Assembly (NCBI GenBank): GCA_031549985.1
Contig: JAVBOZ010000106.1
Location: 1 to 59,623, forward strand
DNA: 59,623 bases
Reading direction: 5' to 3'
DNA from: Oscillospiraceae bacterium
GTDB lineage: Bacteria; Bacillota; Clostridia; Oscillospirales; Acutalibacteraceae
Of this stretch, positions 45,965 through 55,637 are shown piece after piece (the stretch's first letter is position 1; every line of letters starts with the position of its first letter). The notes under the pieces were generated by a model that was given only the letters and a program-made list of their open reading frames with translations, had not been told where the DNA came from and did not search any database. The position numbers and the translations under genes were made by a program.

Positions 45965-46075
45965 GCGGGCGGGGATGAAACCCCGCCCCTACATCTCGGC
46001 CATGCGTAGGGGCGACCGTCCCCGGTCGCCCGCAATTTTTATAGTCCGCCCGCAATTTTTATCGTTCGCTCGCAA
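45965..46075. repeat. Inverted pair of GTAGGGGCG hairpin elements plus CGCCCGCAATTTTTAT direct repeats
   Basis: GCGGGCGGGGatgaaaCCCCGCCCCTAC (45965-45992) faces GTAGGGGCGACCgtccccGGTCGCCCGC (46006-46033). These are followed by two to three copies of C(G/T)C(C/T)CGCAATT(TTTAT). Confidence 0.75.
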
Positions 46076-46093
46076 TTCCCCGCCCGCCCACGG

Positions 46094-48988
46094 TTACCCC
46101 AGCAGCGCTTTGGCCGCCTTGGCCGTCAGCTCCGCGCAGCGCGCCTGCGCCGCGTCAACCGCCGCGCCCGGCGCGAAGGCCTCATCCGTGCAGACGTAGA
46201 GCTTAATTTTTGGCTCTGTCCCGGAGGGGCGCAGCACCAGCCATTCGCCGCCCTTGAAATAAAGCTTTATGACATCTGAAAGGGGCAGGCAATACTTGCT
46301 AACGCCGCAGAGCGGGTCATCGAGCCGCGCCGGTTCGGCGTAGTCCTCCATGCGCGTGACGGTCTCGCCGGGGATGCACTCCGCCCAGTTCGCCCGCAGG
46401 CGGCGCATGATCCCCTGAATCTCCGCCTGCCCGGCGGCACCCTTGGCCTCGTGGTTATACAGCGCTTCGCTGACCGCGCCATAGGCCGCGTAAAGGTTTT
46501 GCAGCGCCTGATAGAGGTTGATGCCCTGTTCCAACTTATAATAAAGCGCCATTTCCGCCACCAGGGCGGAGGCGATCACCGCATCCTTATCGCGGCAGGC
46601 GTCGCCGGTGAGATAGCCGTAGCTTTCCTCAAAGCCGAAGAGGAAGCTATGGCTGCGCTCAGCCTGCCAGGCGTCCATGGTCTCGCCAATGTATTTGAAG
46701 CCCGTCAGCACCTTTTCAACATAAACGCCGTTGGCCTTACAGATCCGCTCGGCAAGCGTGCCGGTGACAATTGTGGTGACCGCACCCGCATTTTCCGGCA
46801 GTGTACCCAGTTCTATATGCGTGCGGATGAGGTAATCGCAGAGCAGCGCCCCGGTCTGGGTGCCGCTGAGCACCTCAAACTCACCGCCGGTGTTGACCAT
46901 CACGCCGATGCGGTCTGCGTCGGGGTCGGTGGCGAAAACGACGTCCGGGGCTTTTTCTTTCGCCCACCGCATCGCCAGCGTAAATGCGGCCTTTTCTTCC
47001 GGGTTGGGCTTCGGTACGGTTGGGAAGCCGCCGTCGCCGTCCGCCTGCTCCGGCACGACAAAGCAGTTGGGGTAGCCCAGCCGCGCCAGCATTTGCGTCA
47101 CCGGCGTCAGGCCGCAGCCGTGCAGGGGCGTATAGATCATGCGCAGCGCACTGCCCTTCGCGCGGGAAAACGCCCGGCGCGGCAGATGTTGCTCAATCGC
47201 GGCGTAATACCGTTCGTCCGCCTCTTCGCCCAGCCAGCTGAGTAGCCCCTTCGCCTGCGCCTCAGCCAGTGGCATATTGAGAAAAACCGCCTGCGCTTCG
47301 AAGACATCAACCTTGCCGATTTCCAGCTCCACCAGGCGCGAATCCTGATCGGTCAGCTGGCCGCCGGTGGGGCCGTAAGCCTTATATCCGTTGTATTCCT
47401 TTGGGTTATGCGAAGCCGTCAGCACCAGCCCGGCCTGCGCCCCGGCCTGCCGCACGGCGAAGGAGAGCATCGGCGTCGGGCGCGCTTCGGCGTACATTTC
47501 GACCGCAATGCCGCAGGCGCAGAGCACGCGCGCCGCGCATTCGGCAAAGCGCCGGGAGTTGTTGCGCGTATCATAAGCGACGCAGACCTTAACGGCTTCG
47601 CCGCTGTATTTGGTTTTGAGGTGGTTCGCAAGGCCAAGCGTTGCCCGGGCCACGACCTGCAAATTCATGCGGTTGCGCCCCGCGCCCATTTCAGCCCGCA
47701 GCCCGCCGGTGCCGAATTTTAGGTCCTGCCGAAAGGCGTCGCCCCGCAGGGCCGCGTCGTGCTCCATAAGCTCCAGCTGGCCGCGCCAGGGGTCATCCGC
47801 CGGAACGTTTTCCATCCAGCGCTGCCATTCCAGCAGCGCCTCATTCTTCTGAATCAGCGTCATGCGCTGACGCACACAGTCGGCGCTGCGCAGGGCGTCG
47901 GCGGGGGTGTTGAAGGCGTAGTCCAACAACCGCTCAACCGTTGTGCTCGCCGCGTGGAGCCGCGTATCGCTGGATGCGTAATAGATTGTCACCTCGCCCG
48001 TGGCCTCATCCACCGCCGCGCCGTTGGAAAACAGCACGTTCGAGACGTCGCCCACGCGCTCGCCGCCCACAGGCGCCATCAGGTAGCCCGAAGGCGCGGC
48101 GACGATCTCCCAAGGCCTTTGCAGGTCAGTGACGAAGAGGTAAAGCACATAGCGCAGCCCGGCGGCGGTGTTGCGCACCCCGTGGGCGATGTGCAGCCAG
48201 CCTTTTTCGGTCTTGATGGGCACCGCGCCCGCGCCGTTCTTGCTCTCGGTGATGGTGTGGTAGACCCGGGGGCTGACCAGGCGCTCTTCGTCGATCTCGG
48301 CAGCCTCCATGCTCTCGCAGAGGGCGAAACAAATGCCGCCGCCCTTGCCTGCCTCGATGAATCCGTCCTGCGGGCGGGTGAGCACGGCATATTTGCCCTG
48401 CACCTTTTCGGGAAACAGCACGACGTTGCGCTGCTGAGGCGACCGCGATTTCAGGTTTGGCAGACGCTCCCATGTGCGTAAATCCTTCGTCCGCACGATG
48501 CCGACAGACGCGACGGCGGCAGAAAGGTCGGGGGTTTCTCTATCTTTGCTTTCAGAACAAAAGAGGCCGTAGATCCATCCGTCTTCATGTTTGGTCAGGC
48601 GCATGTCATAGACGTTGGTCTCCTCAGGGCAGGTGTCGGGCAGGACGATGGGGCATTCGAAGACGAAGCCCTCGGCTGGCCGGTCGCTCTTTGCCAGCGC
48701 AAAGAACGATTTTCGGTCGCAGCCCTCCACGCGCACGGCCAGGTAATAGACGCCGTCCAGCAGAATCGCACCGCTGTTAAAAGTGGCGTTGACCCCCAGG
48801 CGTTCCAGGCATAGGGGGTTGGCGTCGGCGTCAAAATCAAAACGCCACGCGGGCGGAATGTGCGCGCGCGTCAGCACCGGATTGGCCCAGCGGCGCAGGA
48901 TGCCGTTATATTCCCCCGCCGGTTGGTTTGGCTGTTGAATCAGCGCCAGGTATTGCGCCTGAAGCCGTTTGGATGTCTCGCTCTGCAT
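46094..48988 (-). CDS. Fusion protein: GH130 mannoside phosphorylase (N-terminal) plus alpha-D-phosphohexomutase (PMM/PGM, C-terminal)
   Basis: N-terminal residues ~20-385 match my recollection of 4-O-beta-D-mannosyl-D-glucose phosphorylase ([89 protein letters not shown]). C-terminal residues ~395-971 carry KFGTGGLR, the phosphoserine loop [13 protein letters not shown] (Ser codon 47413-47411) and GFEESYGYL. It is a single uninterrupted frame. Start taken at ATG 48988 after GAGGGGGG. Confidence 0.88.
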   Translation of the reverse strand: MQSETSKRLQAQYLALIQQPNQPAGEYNGILRRWANPVLTRAHIPPAWRFDFDADANPLCLERLGVNATFNSGAILLDGVYYLAVRVEGCDRKSFFALAKSDRPAEGFVFECPIVLPDTCPEETNVYDMRLTKHEDGWIYGLFCSESKDRETPDLSAAVASVGIVRTKDLRTWERLPNLKSRSPQQRNVVLFPEKVQGKYAVLTRPQDGFIEAGKGGGICFALCESMEAAEIDEERLVSPRVYHTITESKNGAGAVPIKTEKGWLHIAHGVRNTAAGLRYVLYLFVTDLQRPWEIVAAPSGYLMAPVGGERVGDVSNVLFSNGAAVDEATGEVTIYYASSDTRLHAASTTVERLLDYAFNTPADALRSADCVRQRMTLIQKNEALLEWQRWMENVPADDPWRGQLELMEHDAALRGDAFRQDLKFGTGGLRAEMGAGRNRMNLQVVARATLGLANHLKTKYSGEAVKVCVAYDTRNNSRRFAECAARVLCACGIAVEMYAEARPTPMLSFAVRQAGAQAGLVLTASHNPKEYNGYKAYGPTGGQLTDQDSRLVELEIGKVDVFEAQAVFLNMPLAEAQAKGLLSWLGEEADERYYAAIEQHLPRRAFSRAKGSALRMIYTPLHGCGLTPVTQMLARLGYPNCFVVPEQADGDGGFPTVPKPNPEEKAAFTLAMRWAKEKAPDVVFATDPDADRIGVMVNTGGEFEVLSGTQTGALLCDYLIRTHIELGTLPENAGAVTTIVTGTLAERICKANGVYVEKVLTGFKYIGETMDAWQAERSHSFLFGFEESYGYLTGDACRDKDAVIASALVAEMALYYKLEQGINLYQALQNLYAAYGAVSEALYNHEAKGAAGQAEIQGIMRRLRANWAECIPGETVTRMEDYAEPARLDDPLCGVSKYCLPLSDVIKLYFKGGEWLVLRPSGTEPKIKLYVCTDEAFAPGAAVDAAQARCAELTAKAAKALLG

Positions 48989-49074
48989 GGCGTCGCCCCC
49001 CTCAAGCATTGATGTGCGTTTCCTTTATTTTACCATGTTTTCTCAAAAAAATCTATGATTATTTTTCTATTAGG

Positions 49075-49174
49075 CTGTTTTAGACGTTGGTATTGATGCG
49101 TAACTGCGGGCGAACACTGTTCGCCCCTACGGTTTGGCCGTTGTGTGCTTTGTAGGGGAGCACAGTGTGCTCCC
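49075..49174. repeat. Composite repeat: TTAGACGTTGGTATTGATGCGTAA core plus an inverted pair of GTAGGGG hairpins
   Basis: 49075-49105 is the reverse complement (1-2 mismatches) of 28925-28960. GCGGGCGAACactGTTCGCCCCTAC (49106-49130) faces GTAGGGGAGCACagtGTGCTCCC (49152-49174). Confidence 0.75.
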
Positions 49175-49187
49175 GTTGCCTCCTGTA

Positions 49188-50639
49188 TCAATACGTTTGT
49201 CTAAAAGAGCCTTCTATTATAATGACCAGTTCCCCCGCCACGCCTTCATATGTCCTGCGCAGTTCGCCTCCGGCTGCCTCCAGCGCGTCGGCGGCCTCCA
49301 AAAAGACCCGCGTCACGCGCTGGCCCGGCACAAGCAGCGGTATCCCCGGTGGGTATGCCCAAACATATTCGGCGCAGACAGAGCCCAGCGCATCGCTGCA
49401 CACAACGGAAATCTGTGGACGCTCCATCGCCTCGCTCAGCGGGAGCGCCTGTTCCCCTAACGGCGGCAGGCGATACAAGGGCGTCCGTGCGGCGGATGTG
49501 CCTGCCTTCGGCGCGAGCGCTTGCAAGGCATTCATCAGGCGCTCGGTGTGGGCGGGCGCATCCAGACAGGAGGTCATCAGCAGCACGATGTGGCCCAGAG
49601 CATATTCCGGCTCAATCCCCCGCGCCCGCAGTGCCTGCGCCAGCGCCTCGCCCGTCATTGCGAAGCGGCGGGCATCCAGCACCAGCTTGCTTGGGTCAAG
49701 GGCGTAACAGGCCGCGTCGCCGGTCTTCGTTGCGCGAAACGCGGTGAGGTGATCGCAGCGCATGTGCAGCATTTCCAACTGCGCTTGCCAAGCCGCAAAC
49801 ACCTCCCGCCGCCAGCGCTCCGGTTGACTGACAAGCCAGTCCATTGAGGCCAACAAGGGGTACGAAGGGCTGCTGGTCTGAAATACCGCCAACTGGTGTT
49901 CCAGCCGGAAGGGATCCACCCGATTGCCACAGCAATGCAAAATCGCCGCCTGCGTCAGCGCAGGCAGCGTCTTATGCAGGCTTTGTACGACGATATCAGC
50001 GCCCAGGCGCACCGCACTTTCGGGAAATCCGCCCCACTGCGCCAGTCCCAAATGGGCCCCGTGAGCCTCATCAACCAGCAAGGGGATGCCCTGCCCATGG
50101 GCAATTTCGGCCAACGCGGCGATATCACTCAGCACACCCTCATAGGTCGGCGATGTGACGACGCAAAGCACCGCGCCGGGGCATGCCTCCAAAGCGGTTT
50201 GCAGGACGCTCGGCGGCAGGCTGCCGTATAGCCCGGCCTCCGGGAGCCAGGCGGGTTCCAGCCAGTGGGGCAACAGGCCGCAGAGTTCAATTGCATGGAA
50301 CACCGAAGCGTGGCAGTTGCGTGCCACGAGCACGGCATCGCCCCGCTTTGTCAACGCACGTATACTCGCCAGCAGCGCTCCGGTGCTGCCGTTGACGCAG
50401 TAATAGGCGGCATCGCTGCCCCAGAGCGCCGCCGCGCGGGCCATGGAATCCCGCAGAAGTCCGCGCGGATGATGCAGGTCGTCAAAGCCAGGCAGTTCGG
50501 TGATATCAAGCGAAAAGGGCAGATCGGGCGGCAGGACTGCGGAAGCCCGATGGTGACCGGGCATGTGAAAGGGCGCGGTATCCGACTCCGCCAGAGTACG
50601 CAGGGCGGCGAGCAGCGGCGCGCGGGATTCGGAGGGCAT
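49188..50639 (-). CDS. PLP-dependent Orn/Lys/Arg decarboxylase-family enzyme
   Basis: 483 aa. FHMPGHHRA near the N-terminus and SLHKTLPALTQAA (PLP lysine) are typical of the YaaO/SpeA-like major-domain family. Confidence 0.82.
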   Translation of the reverse strand: MPSESRAPLLAALRTLAESDTAPFHMPGHHRASAVLPPDLPFSLDITELPGFDDLHHPRGLLRDSMARAAALWGSDAAYYCVNGSTGALLASIRALTKRGDAVLVARNCHASVFHAIELCGLLPHWLEPAWLPEAGLYGSLPPSVLQTALEACPGAVLCVVTSPTYEGVLSDIAALAEIAHGQGIPLLVDEAHGAHLGLAQWGGFPESAVRLGADIVVQSLHKTLPALTQAAILHCCGNRVDPFRLEHQLAVFQTSSPSYPLLASMDWLVSQPERWRREVFAAWQAQLEMLHMRCDHLTAFRATKTGDAACYALDPSKLVLDARRFAMTGEALAQALRARGIEPEYALGHIVLLMTSCLDAPAHTERLMNALQALAPKAGTSAARTPLYRLPPLGEQALPLSEAMERPQISVVCSDALGSVCAEYVWAYPPGIPLLVPGQRVTRVFLEAADALEAAGGELRRTYEGVAGELVIIIEGSFRQTY

Positions 50640-50786
50640 AGACGATTCTCCATTAGGTTCGCCAAAGTTTTATGTTGAAAAACTTTACAAGCTGAAATTC
50701 TCATGTTATGCTGAAAGGGAATTTCCGAAGGGATGGACACGCTGCTTAGAGCACCTCTAAAAAACAAGTTCTATAGCTATCCTTTT

Positions 50787-50877
50787 GTAGGGGACGCCGC
50801 CGGATGGCAGCCCCCCAATCCGACCCCAAATCACGCGCATCTAACGTCTAATATCTAATGTCTAAAATCTAATGTCT
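50787..50877. repeat. GTAGGGG hairpin element joined to a 5-heptad CTAA repeat block
   Basis: GTAGGGGACGCCGCCggatGGCAGCCCCC (50787-50816), then GCGCATCTAACGTCTAA. CTAA occurs at 50841, 50848, 50855, 50862 and 50869 (exact 7-nt period). The last heptads contain the stop codon of the GT2 gene. Confidence 0.75.
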
Positions 50878-51786
50878 GGCATCCATCAGCCGCATTTCGA
50901 AATCCTGCCGGTTTTTGCGGCAGATGTTATCCAGGATGAGACCACCGAAAAAGCTCTGTAGCGCCGCGATGCCAAAGAAGCCGCTGACAATCAGCGTGGG
51001 GTAGCGCGGCACCAGCCCTGTGCGGAAATAATCGACCAGCACAGGAATGAACAGCCCGATGGCCGCCAGCAGCAGCACTGCGGCCAATACGCCGAAAAAG
51101 GCAAAGGGCCTGTAATTCTTGACCATAACGAAGATTGTGCGCAGCACACGCAGGCCGTCGGAGACGGTGTTGAGCTTTGACTCGCTGCCCGCCGGGCGGT
51201 CGCGGTAATCAATCACCACGTTCTCGATGCGCATGTTCTTGTCAACGGCATGAATGGTCATCTCCGTCTCGATTTCGAAGCCCTTAGAAAGCACCGGGAA
51301 GGTCTTGACAAAGGGGCGGCTAAACGCCCGCAGCCCGGTCATAATGTCCTTTACGTCGGAATGAAAGAATACGTTGATCCCTTTGCGAACCAGCACGTTG
51401 CCGAAGTTATGGAACCGGCGCTTATTCTCGGTGAAATAGGTGGAGGAAAGCCGGTCGCCGACCACCATGTCAGCCTGGCGTTCCCGCACAAGGCGGACCA
51501 TTTCCGGTGCGGCTTCGGCGGGGTAGGTGTCGTCGCCGTCGGCCATGACGTAGACCTCGGCCTCGATCTCACGGAACATCCGGCGGATGACGTTGCCCTT
51601 GCCCTGGTTGAACTCGCGGCGCACAACTGCGCCCGCGGCTTCGGCCAATTCGGCCGTGTTGTCGGAGGAATTGTTGTCGTAGACATAGATGACGGCCTCC
51701 GGCAGCGCGGCCTTATAATCGCGCACTACTTTTTCAACGGTAATTGCCTCGTTATAGCAGGGGATCAAAACAGCGATTTTATCCAT
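50869..51786 (-). CDS. GT2-family polyprenyl-phosphate glycosyltransferase (GtrB/CsbB/ArnC-like)
   Basis: Start at MDKIAVLIPCYNE. The DxD-type region YVYDNNSSDNT and ADGDDTY is present, plus two C-terminal TM helices as in GtrB-type enzymes. Confidence 0.85.
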   Translation of the reverse strand: MDKIAVLIPCYNEAITVEKVVRDYKAALPEAVIYVYDNNSSDNTAELAEAAGAVVRREFNQGKGNVIRRMFREIEAEVYVMADGDDTYPAEAAPEMVRLVRERQADMVVGDRLSSTYFTENKRRFHNFGNVLVRKGINVFFHSDVKDIMTGLRAFSRPFVKTFPVLSKGFEIETEMTIHAVDKNMRIENVVIDYRDRPAGSESKLNTVSDGLRVLRTIFVMVKNYRPFAFFGVLAAVLLLAAIGLFIPVLVDYFRTGLVPRYPTLIVSGFFGIAALQSFFGGLILDNICRKNRQDFEMRLMDARH

Positions 51787-51876
51787 GTGAAAGTTCATTC
51801 CTTTCTGAATTTCGGAGAAATTCCATGCGTGAAGCGGAATCAGGCACAAACAGGGCTTGAAACTGTATCTTTCACG

Positions 51877-53139
51877 CTAACCTCCTTCTGCCGGGGCCTC
51901 CGGCGGTTTTTTCGTGGAATACAACTGCCCGAGCACTGCAAGCAGCGCAAACACCGTCACCAACAGATTGCGGTATGTAAACCAATAGTGAATATACGTA
52001 TGTTGCGCCAACGCAAACATCCAGAGCATGGGTGCGGCGGCGATCAGCCAATAAGCACCCTTCCCGGTCGGCTTTTGCGCCTTGCCATGGCGTTTTCTCA
52101 TATAAATAGCAAGCCCAATCAGCGCAAGGCAAAGCAGCAAAAACTCCGCAATGCCAAAGGCATAGATCGTCTTGAACGGGGCAAGAATCCTTTGAAACGC
52201 GCTCAGCGGGGACGCTTCCTGCATTTCGACCGTCTCGCCCGCGGTGATGCTGACAAAGCCCTTGGCCCTGGCGCCGGTGCGGAAAAATATCTGCCAAATG
52301 GAAATGAGGATTTCATTGCGGCCCAGCACCGCCGAAGCGACGCACCACTTTGCGAACCAGAGCGACACATAACCCGCTCCCCAGGCGGCGCTTTGCCCGA
52401 TCACAATGCGCAACCCCCGGGGTTCCCCCTCTTTGGCGCGCAGCAGAAGCAGGATCACCAGCGGCACACCCAGCGTCACGATGGGCGCGGTGAGTAAATC
52501 CACGAACACCGTGCAAGCGCCGACGGTGAAGAAATATTCCGGTAGGTGCCGCCGAAACCACGGCTTGCCGTAAAGCAACAGCAAAAGGTTCGCGGCGGGC
52601 AGCATCACCAAATACACGCCGGAATACTGCATCAGCAGCGGCACAGCAATATAGCCTGTCATCATCAGGGAAACCCCAAAAAAGACAGAATACCGCAGGC
52701 CCAGCCTTTGGGCCAGCAGACCAAGCAAAAGCCCCAGCATCGCGGCCTGACAAAGCGCGTTCCACCAACGCACCTGCGCCAGCGAGCCAAGCGCCAGCGC
52801 CGGACGCAGATAGGCCTGATAGCCATGCCAGTAGCGGGCATAATGTGGCACCTGCGCCGAGCGAAACAGGCTGTCGCCCGCTTCGCGCTTGACGTAGCCA
52901 TACATCCGCTTTTCGGTGCCGTAATCCATGAAGATGGGGCGGCTGCCGATGTGGATTTTGCCCGCGCCGGTGTTCTCCTTCTTCAGCTGCACGATCGCTT
53001 CGGCCGCGCGGCCCTCTACCCATCGCTCGGGTATGGCGTAAGCGGCGATCATCAAGGCAGTGAACAGCGCTGTCAGGCCAATGAAAAGCGCCGCCCAGCG
53101 AAGAGCGAGGCGCGGAAGGCGGGTCAATAATTGGCGCAC
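51877..53139 (-). CDS. Polytopic membrane protein, paralog A (putative GT-C-like glycan-modifying transferase)
   Basis: 420 aa with about 10 TM segments. It shares motifs along its full length with the next gene (AAYAxPE, MDYxT, SQVPxYARYWHGYQxYLRP, KPWFxxxxPxxFFTVGAxTVFxDLLTAPxxTLGVPLV, LxRNEIxISIxQIxFRTGA). The function is inferred only from context. Confidence 0.7.
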   Translation of the reverse strand: MRQLLTRLPRLALRWAALFIGLTALFTALMIAAYAIPERWVEGRAAEAIVQLKKENTGAGKIHIGSRPIFMDYGTEKRMYGYVKREAGDSLFRSAQVPHYARYWHGYQAYLRPALALGSLAQVRWWNALCQAAMLGLLLGLLAQRLGLRYSVFFGVSLMMTGYIAVPLLMQYSGVYLVMLPAANLLLLLYGKPWFRRHLPEYFFTVGACTVFVDLLTAPIVTLGVPLVILLLLRAKEGEPRGLRIVIGQSAAWGAGYVSLWFAKWCVASAVLGRNEILISIWQIFFRTGARAKGFVSITAGETVEMQEASPLSAFQRILAPFKTIYAFGIAEFLLLCLALIGLAIYMRKRHGKAQKPTGKGAYWLIAAAPMLWMFALAQHTYIHYWFTYRNLLVTVFALLAVLGQLYSTKKPPEAPAEGG

Positions 53140-53179
53140 GGCAAGTCCTCTTTCATGAGATAGCTGGGAACTCGAAGGG

Positions 53180-54508
53180 CTAAGGCCGCTTTTTGAGCTT
53201 CGCCATCGCTGCCTTTAACGTATCCTTTGCGTCGCCCTGGCTTTCGAGGAACAGCGCGCAGGGCAGGCAAAGCAGAGCCAGGCCTGTGGGTAACAGGTTG
53301 CGGTAGGCAAAGAAGGCGTGAATCGCCGAATGCTGACCCAGTGCCAACAACCACAGCGGCGCGAGGAACGCAACCGCCAGCAGCGGCGCGACCTCGGGGA
53401 TCGCGTTGCGGGTGCGCTTGCTCAGCAGACACGCAAGCAGGCAAAGCGTCAGCCCAACTGCAAACAAGGCTGGCAACAGCTCTGGATCAACCCATTTCTT
53501 TATCGCGCTGCCAAGTCCGTAGAATCGATTTAGGTTGTGAAAATCGTCCCAGGTCTGCACCTCTGCCGTCTCGCCGGCGTCGATGCTGATATACCCATCG
53601 GCGCTGGCGCCGGTGCGGAAGAGGATCTGCTGAATGGATATCCAAATCTCGTTGCGGCGCAACACAACGCCGCTGATCATCCATTTGCTGAACCAAAGGG
53701 CGACATAGCCCCCCGCCCAGGCGACGCAGCCGCAAAAATACTCCCAGAGGTTTCGCAGAGGGCGCTCGCGTTTCTCTCTGGCGCGCAGCAGCACCAGCAA
53801 CACAAGGGGCACGCCCAGCGTAATGACGGGCGCGGTCAGCAGGTCCATGAAGACCGTGGCAGCGCCAACGGTGAAGAAAAACTGCGGTATTCGTTTTTTG
53901 AACCACGGTTTTTCCCAAAACGCCAGCAAGGTTATACTCGCGCCCAGCATCACCAAAAATACCCCTGAAAATTGAAACGAATAGGGCACAACCAGATAGT
54001 CCACCATCGCCAGCGCCGCGCCAAAACAGAGCGCGAACACGGCATGCAGCCGTTTTGCCGCCAGCGCGGCAAAGAGGCAGATGGCGGCGTACTGCACCAG
54101 CGTATTGACCCAGCGGAGATCCTGCAGCGTACCCAGCGCCAGCCCGGGCCGCAGGTAGACCTGATAGCCGTGCCAATAACGGGCATAGTCCGGCACCTGC
54201 GAAGCACGGAGCAGGCCGGCCCCTTCTTCGCGCAGCGCGTATTCCAGCATGCGCGCATCGGTGCGGTAATCCATCACCACGCCCCTTTTAAAAGGGATGG
54301 TTGGCCAATAGCCGCCCGAGTCATGCTCCAACAGGGCCATGCCAGCGCGGGCATTTTTTTCGATCTTGCTTTCCGGCACCGCGTAGGCTGCAAGAATCAA
54401 GGCCAAGAAGATGAGCGTCAGCGCGGCGAACAGGCAGATATATCGCGTCGCGCCTTCAAGCAGCTTTGAAAAAAAACGTTTTGCCGAAACAGATGGGGTG
54501 TTGGGCAT
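53180..54508 (-). CDS. Polytopic membrane protein, paralog B (putative GT-C-like glycan-modifying transferase)
   Basis: 442 aa, a tandem paralog of 51877-53139 with the same motif set. Confidence 0.7.
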   Translation of the reverse strand: MPNTPSVSAKRFFSKLLEGATRYICLFAALTLIFLALILAAYAVPESKIEKNARAGMALLEHDSGGYWPTIPFKRGVVMDYRTDARMLEYALREEGAGLLRASQVPDYARYWHGYQVYLRPGLALGTLQDLRWVNTLVQYAAICLFAALAAKRLHAVFALCFGAALAMVDYLVVPYSFQFSGVFLVMLGASITLLAFWEKPWFKKRIPQFFFTVGAATVFMDLLTAPVITLGVPLVLLVLLRAREKRERPLRNLWEYFCGCVAWAGGYVALWFSKWMISGVVLRRNEIWISIQQILFRTGASADGYISIDAGETAEVQTWDDFHNLNRFYGLGSAIKKWVDPELLPALFAVGLTLCLLACLLSKRTRNAIPEVAPLLAVAFLAPLWLLALGQHSAIHAFFAYRNLLPTGLALLCLPCALFLESQGDAKDTLKAAMAKLKKRP

Positions 54509-54560
54509 ATTGCGCTCCTTTGTTCACTTTGCGTAAAACACTTTCATCAAACGCGAACGA

Positions 54561-55637
54561 TTATTCCTTCTTTGCTCCCGCAGCTTTATCAATCAGCTTT
54601 ACGGATGCCTTATGCGCCACGCCGATGACGTAGGACGACCCGATCGTCAGCGCCAGCATGAACAGCAAGACCAGCGGCGGGTATTTTGCAAGATAGACCA
54701 GCCCCGCAAAGGGAGCAATGTAGAAAAACATGTGGGTCAGCCAAATATTGGTTGAATGCTCGCCTAAAAATACGAATATGGCCTCCACAACCTTGCCCCT
54801 GCGCGGCAGCACAAATGCGCATATGGCCACGATGCCGGTGATTGGCGCGATGATTAGAGAAGGCACAAGGCCATGCCCAATAAGCAGTAAAGCAAACACG
54901 ACAACGCTCAGCGCGCGCACAAGCCGAGGCCTGTCAAACTCATCCAAATAGCCGCGCCAGCGGCTAAACCACTTCTGTTGGAAGAACGCCACGCCGGTAA
55001 CATAGGGGAACAGCGAGGTTCCAAGAAGCACAGCCTGCCTGCTCAGCCAAAAACCGTCCCAGCGCCATGTTTGCAGCTCAAACAAAGGGATCTTTTGAAA
55101 GCGGATCAAATAGGCAGCCACATAGATTGCGCCGAACAGCGCGACGCTTAACCACCAAGGCATCCGCCGCAGCAGGCGCAGCACGATGGGTGAAAGCGCC
55201 ACCAGCAACACATAGGTCGCCACAAACCACCAAGCGCCGTTAAAATTGCAAGATAACAGAAAAAAGTCTTTCAAAAAACTGGAGGGACGCAGCCCAAATG
55301 CCTTTGCCCGGCCCAGAAGCAGCACCGCCAGGGAAATCAGGCAAAGTACAATCCAATAGTTGAGCAAAAACTTCAGTACACGCATCGCGCTGTTGGGGAT
55401 ATAGCGCTTACCGTCTTTCTCCAGCAGCAGCGCGTGGGCGTACCCTGCGCAGAAGCAGTAGATCGGTACGCAGAAATCCGCCAGCAGGGCAAACCAAAAG
55501 ACCAGCGATTCCCCTCCAACGGTTGCCAACGGGGTGAATATCCCTTGGTAATCGCGCACCTGAAAAAGATGCAGCACGACCATCGCAAGAATCGCCAGAC
55601 CCTTGAGCATCTGGCTTTCGCGCCGCGTCAGCTCCAT
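54561..55637 (-). CDS. Acyltransferase-3 family membrane O-acyltransferase
   Basis: Start at [25 protein letters not shown], a typical N-terminal motif of the acyltransferase 3 family. About 10 TM segments. It overlaps the leuB stop by 10 nt. Confidence 0.78.
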   Translation of the reverse strand: MELTRRESQMLKGLAILAMVVLHLFQVRDYQGIFTPLATVGGESLVFWFALLADFCVPIYCFCAGYAHALLLEKDGKRYIPNSAMRVLKFLLNYWIVLCLISLAVLLLGRAKAFGLRPSSFLKDFFLLSCNFNGAWWFVATYVLLVALSPIVLRLLRRMPWWLSVALFGAIYVAAYLIRFQKIPLFELQTWRWDGFWLSRQAVLLGTSLFPYVTGVAFFQQKWFSRWRGYLDEFDRPRLVRALSVVVFALLLIGHGLVPSLIIAPITGIVAICAFVLPRRGKVVEAIFVFLGEHSTNIWLTHMFFYIAPFAGLVYLAKYPPLVLLFMLALTIGSSYVIGVAHKASVKLIDKAAGAKKE

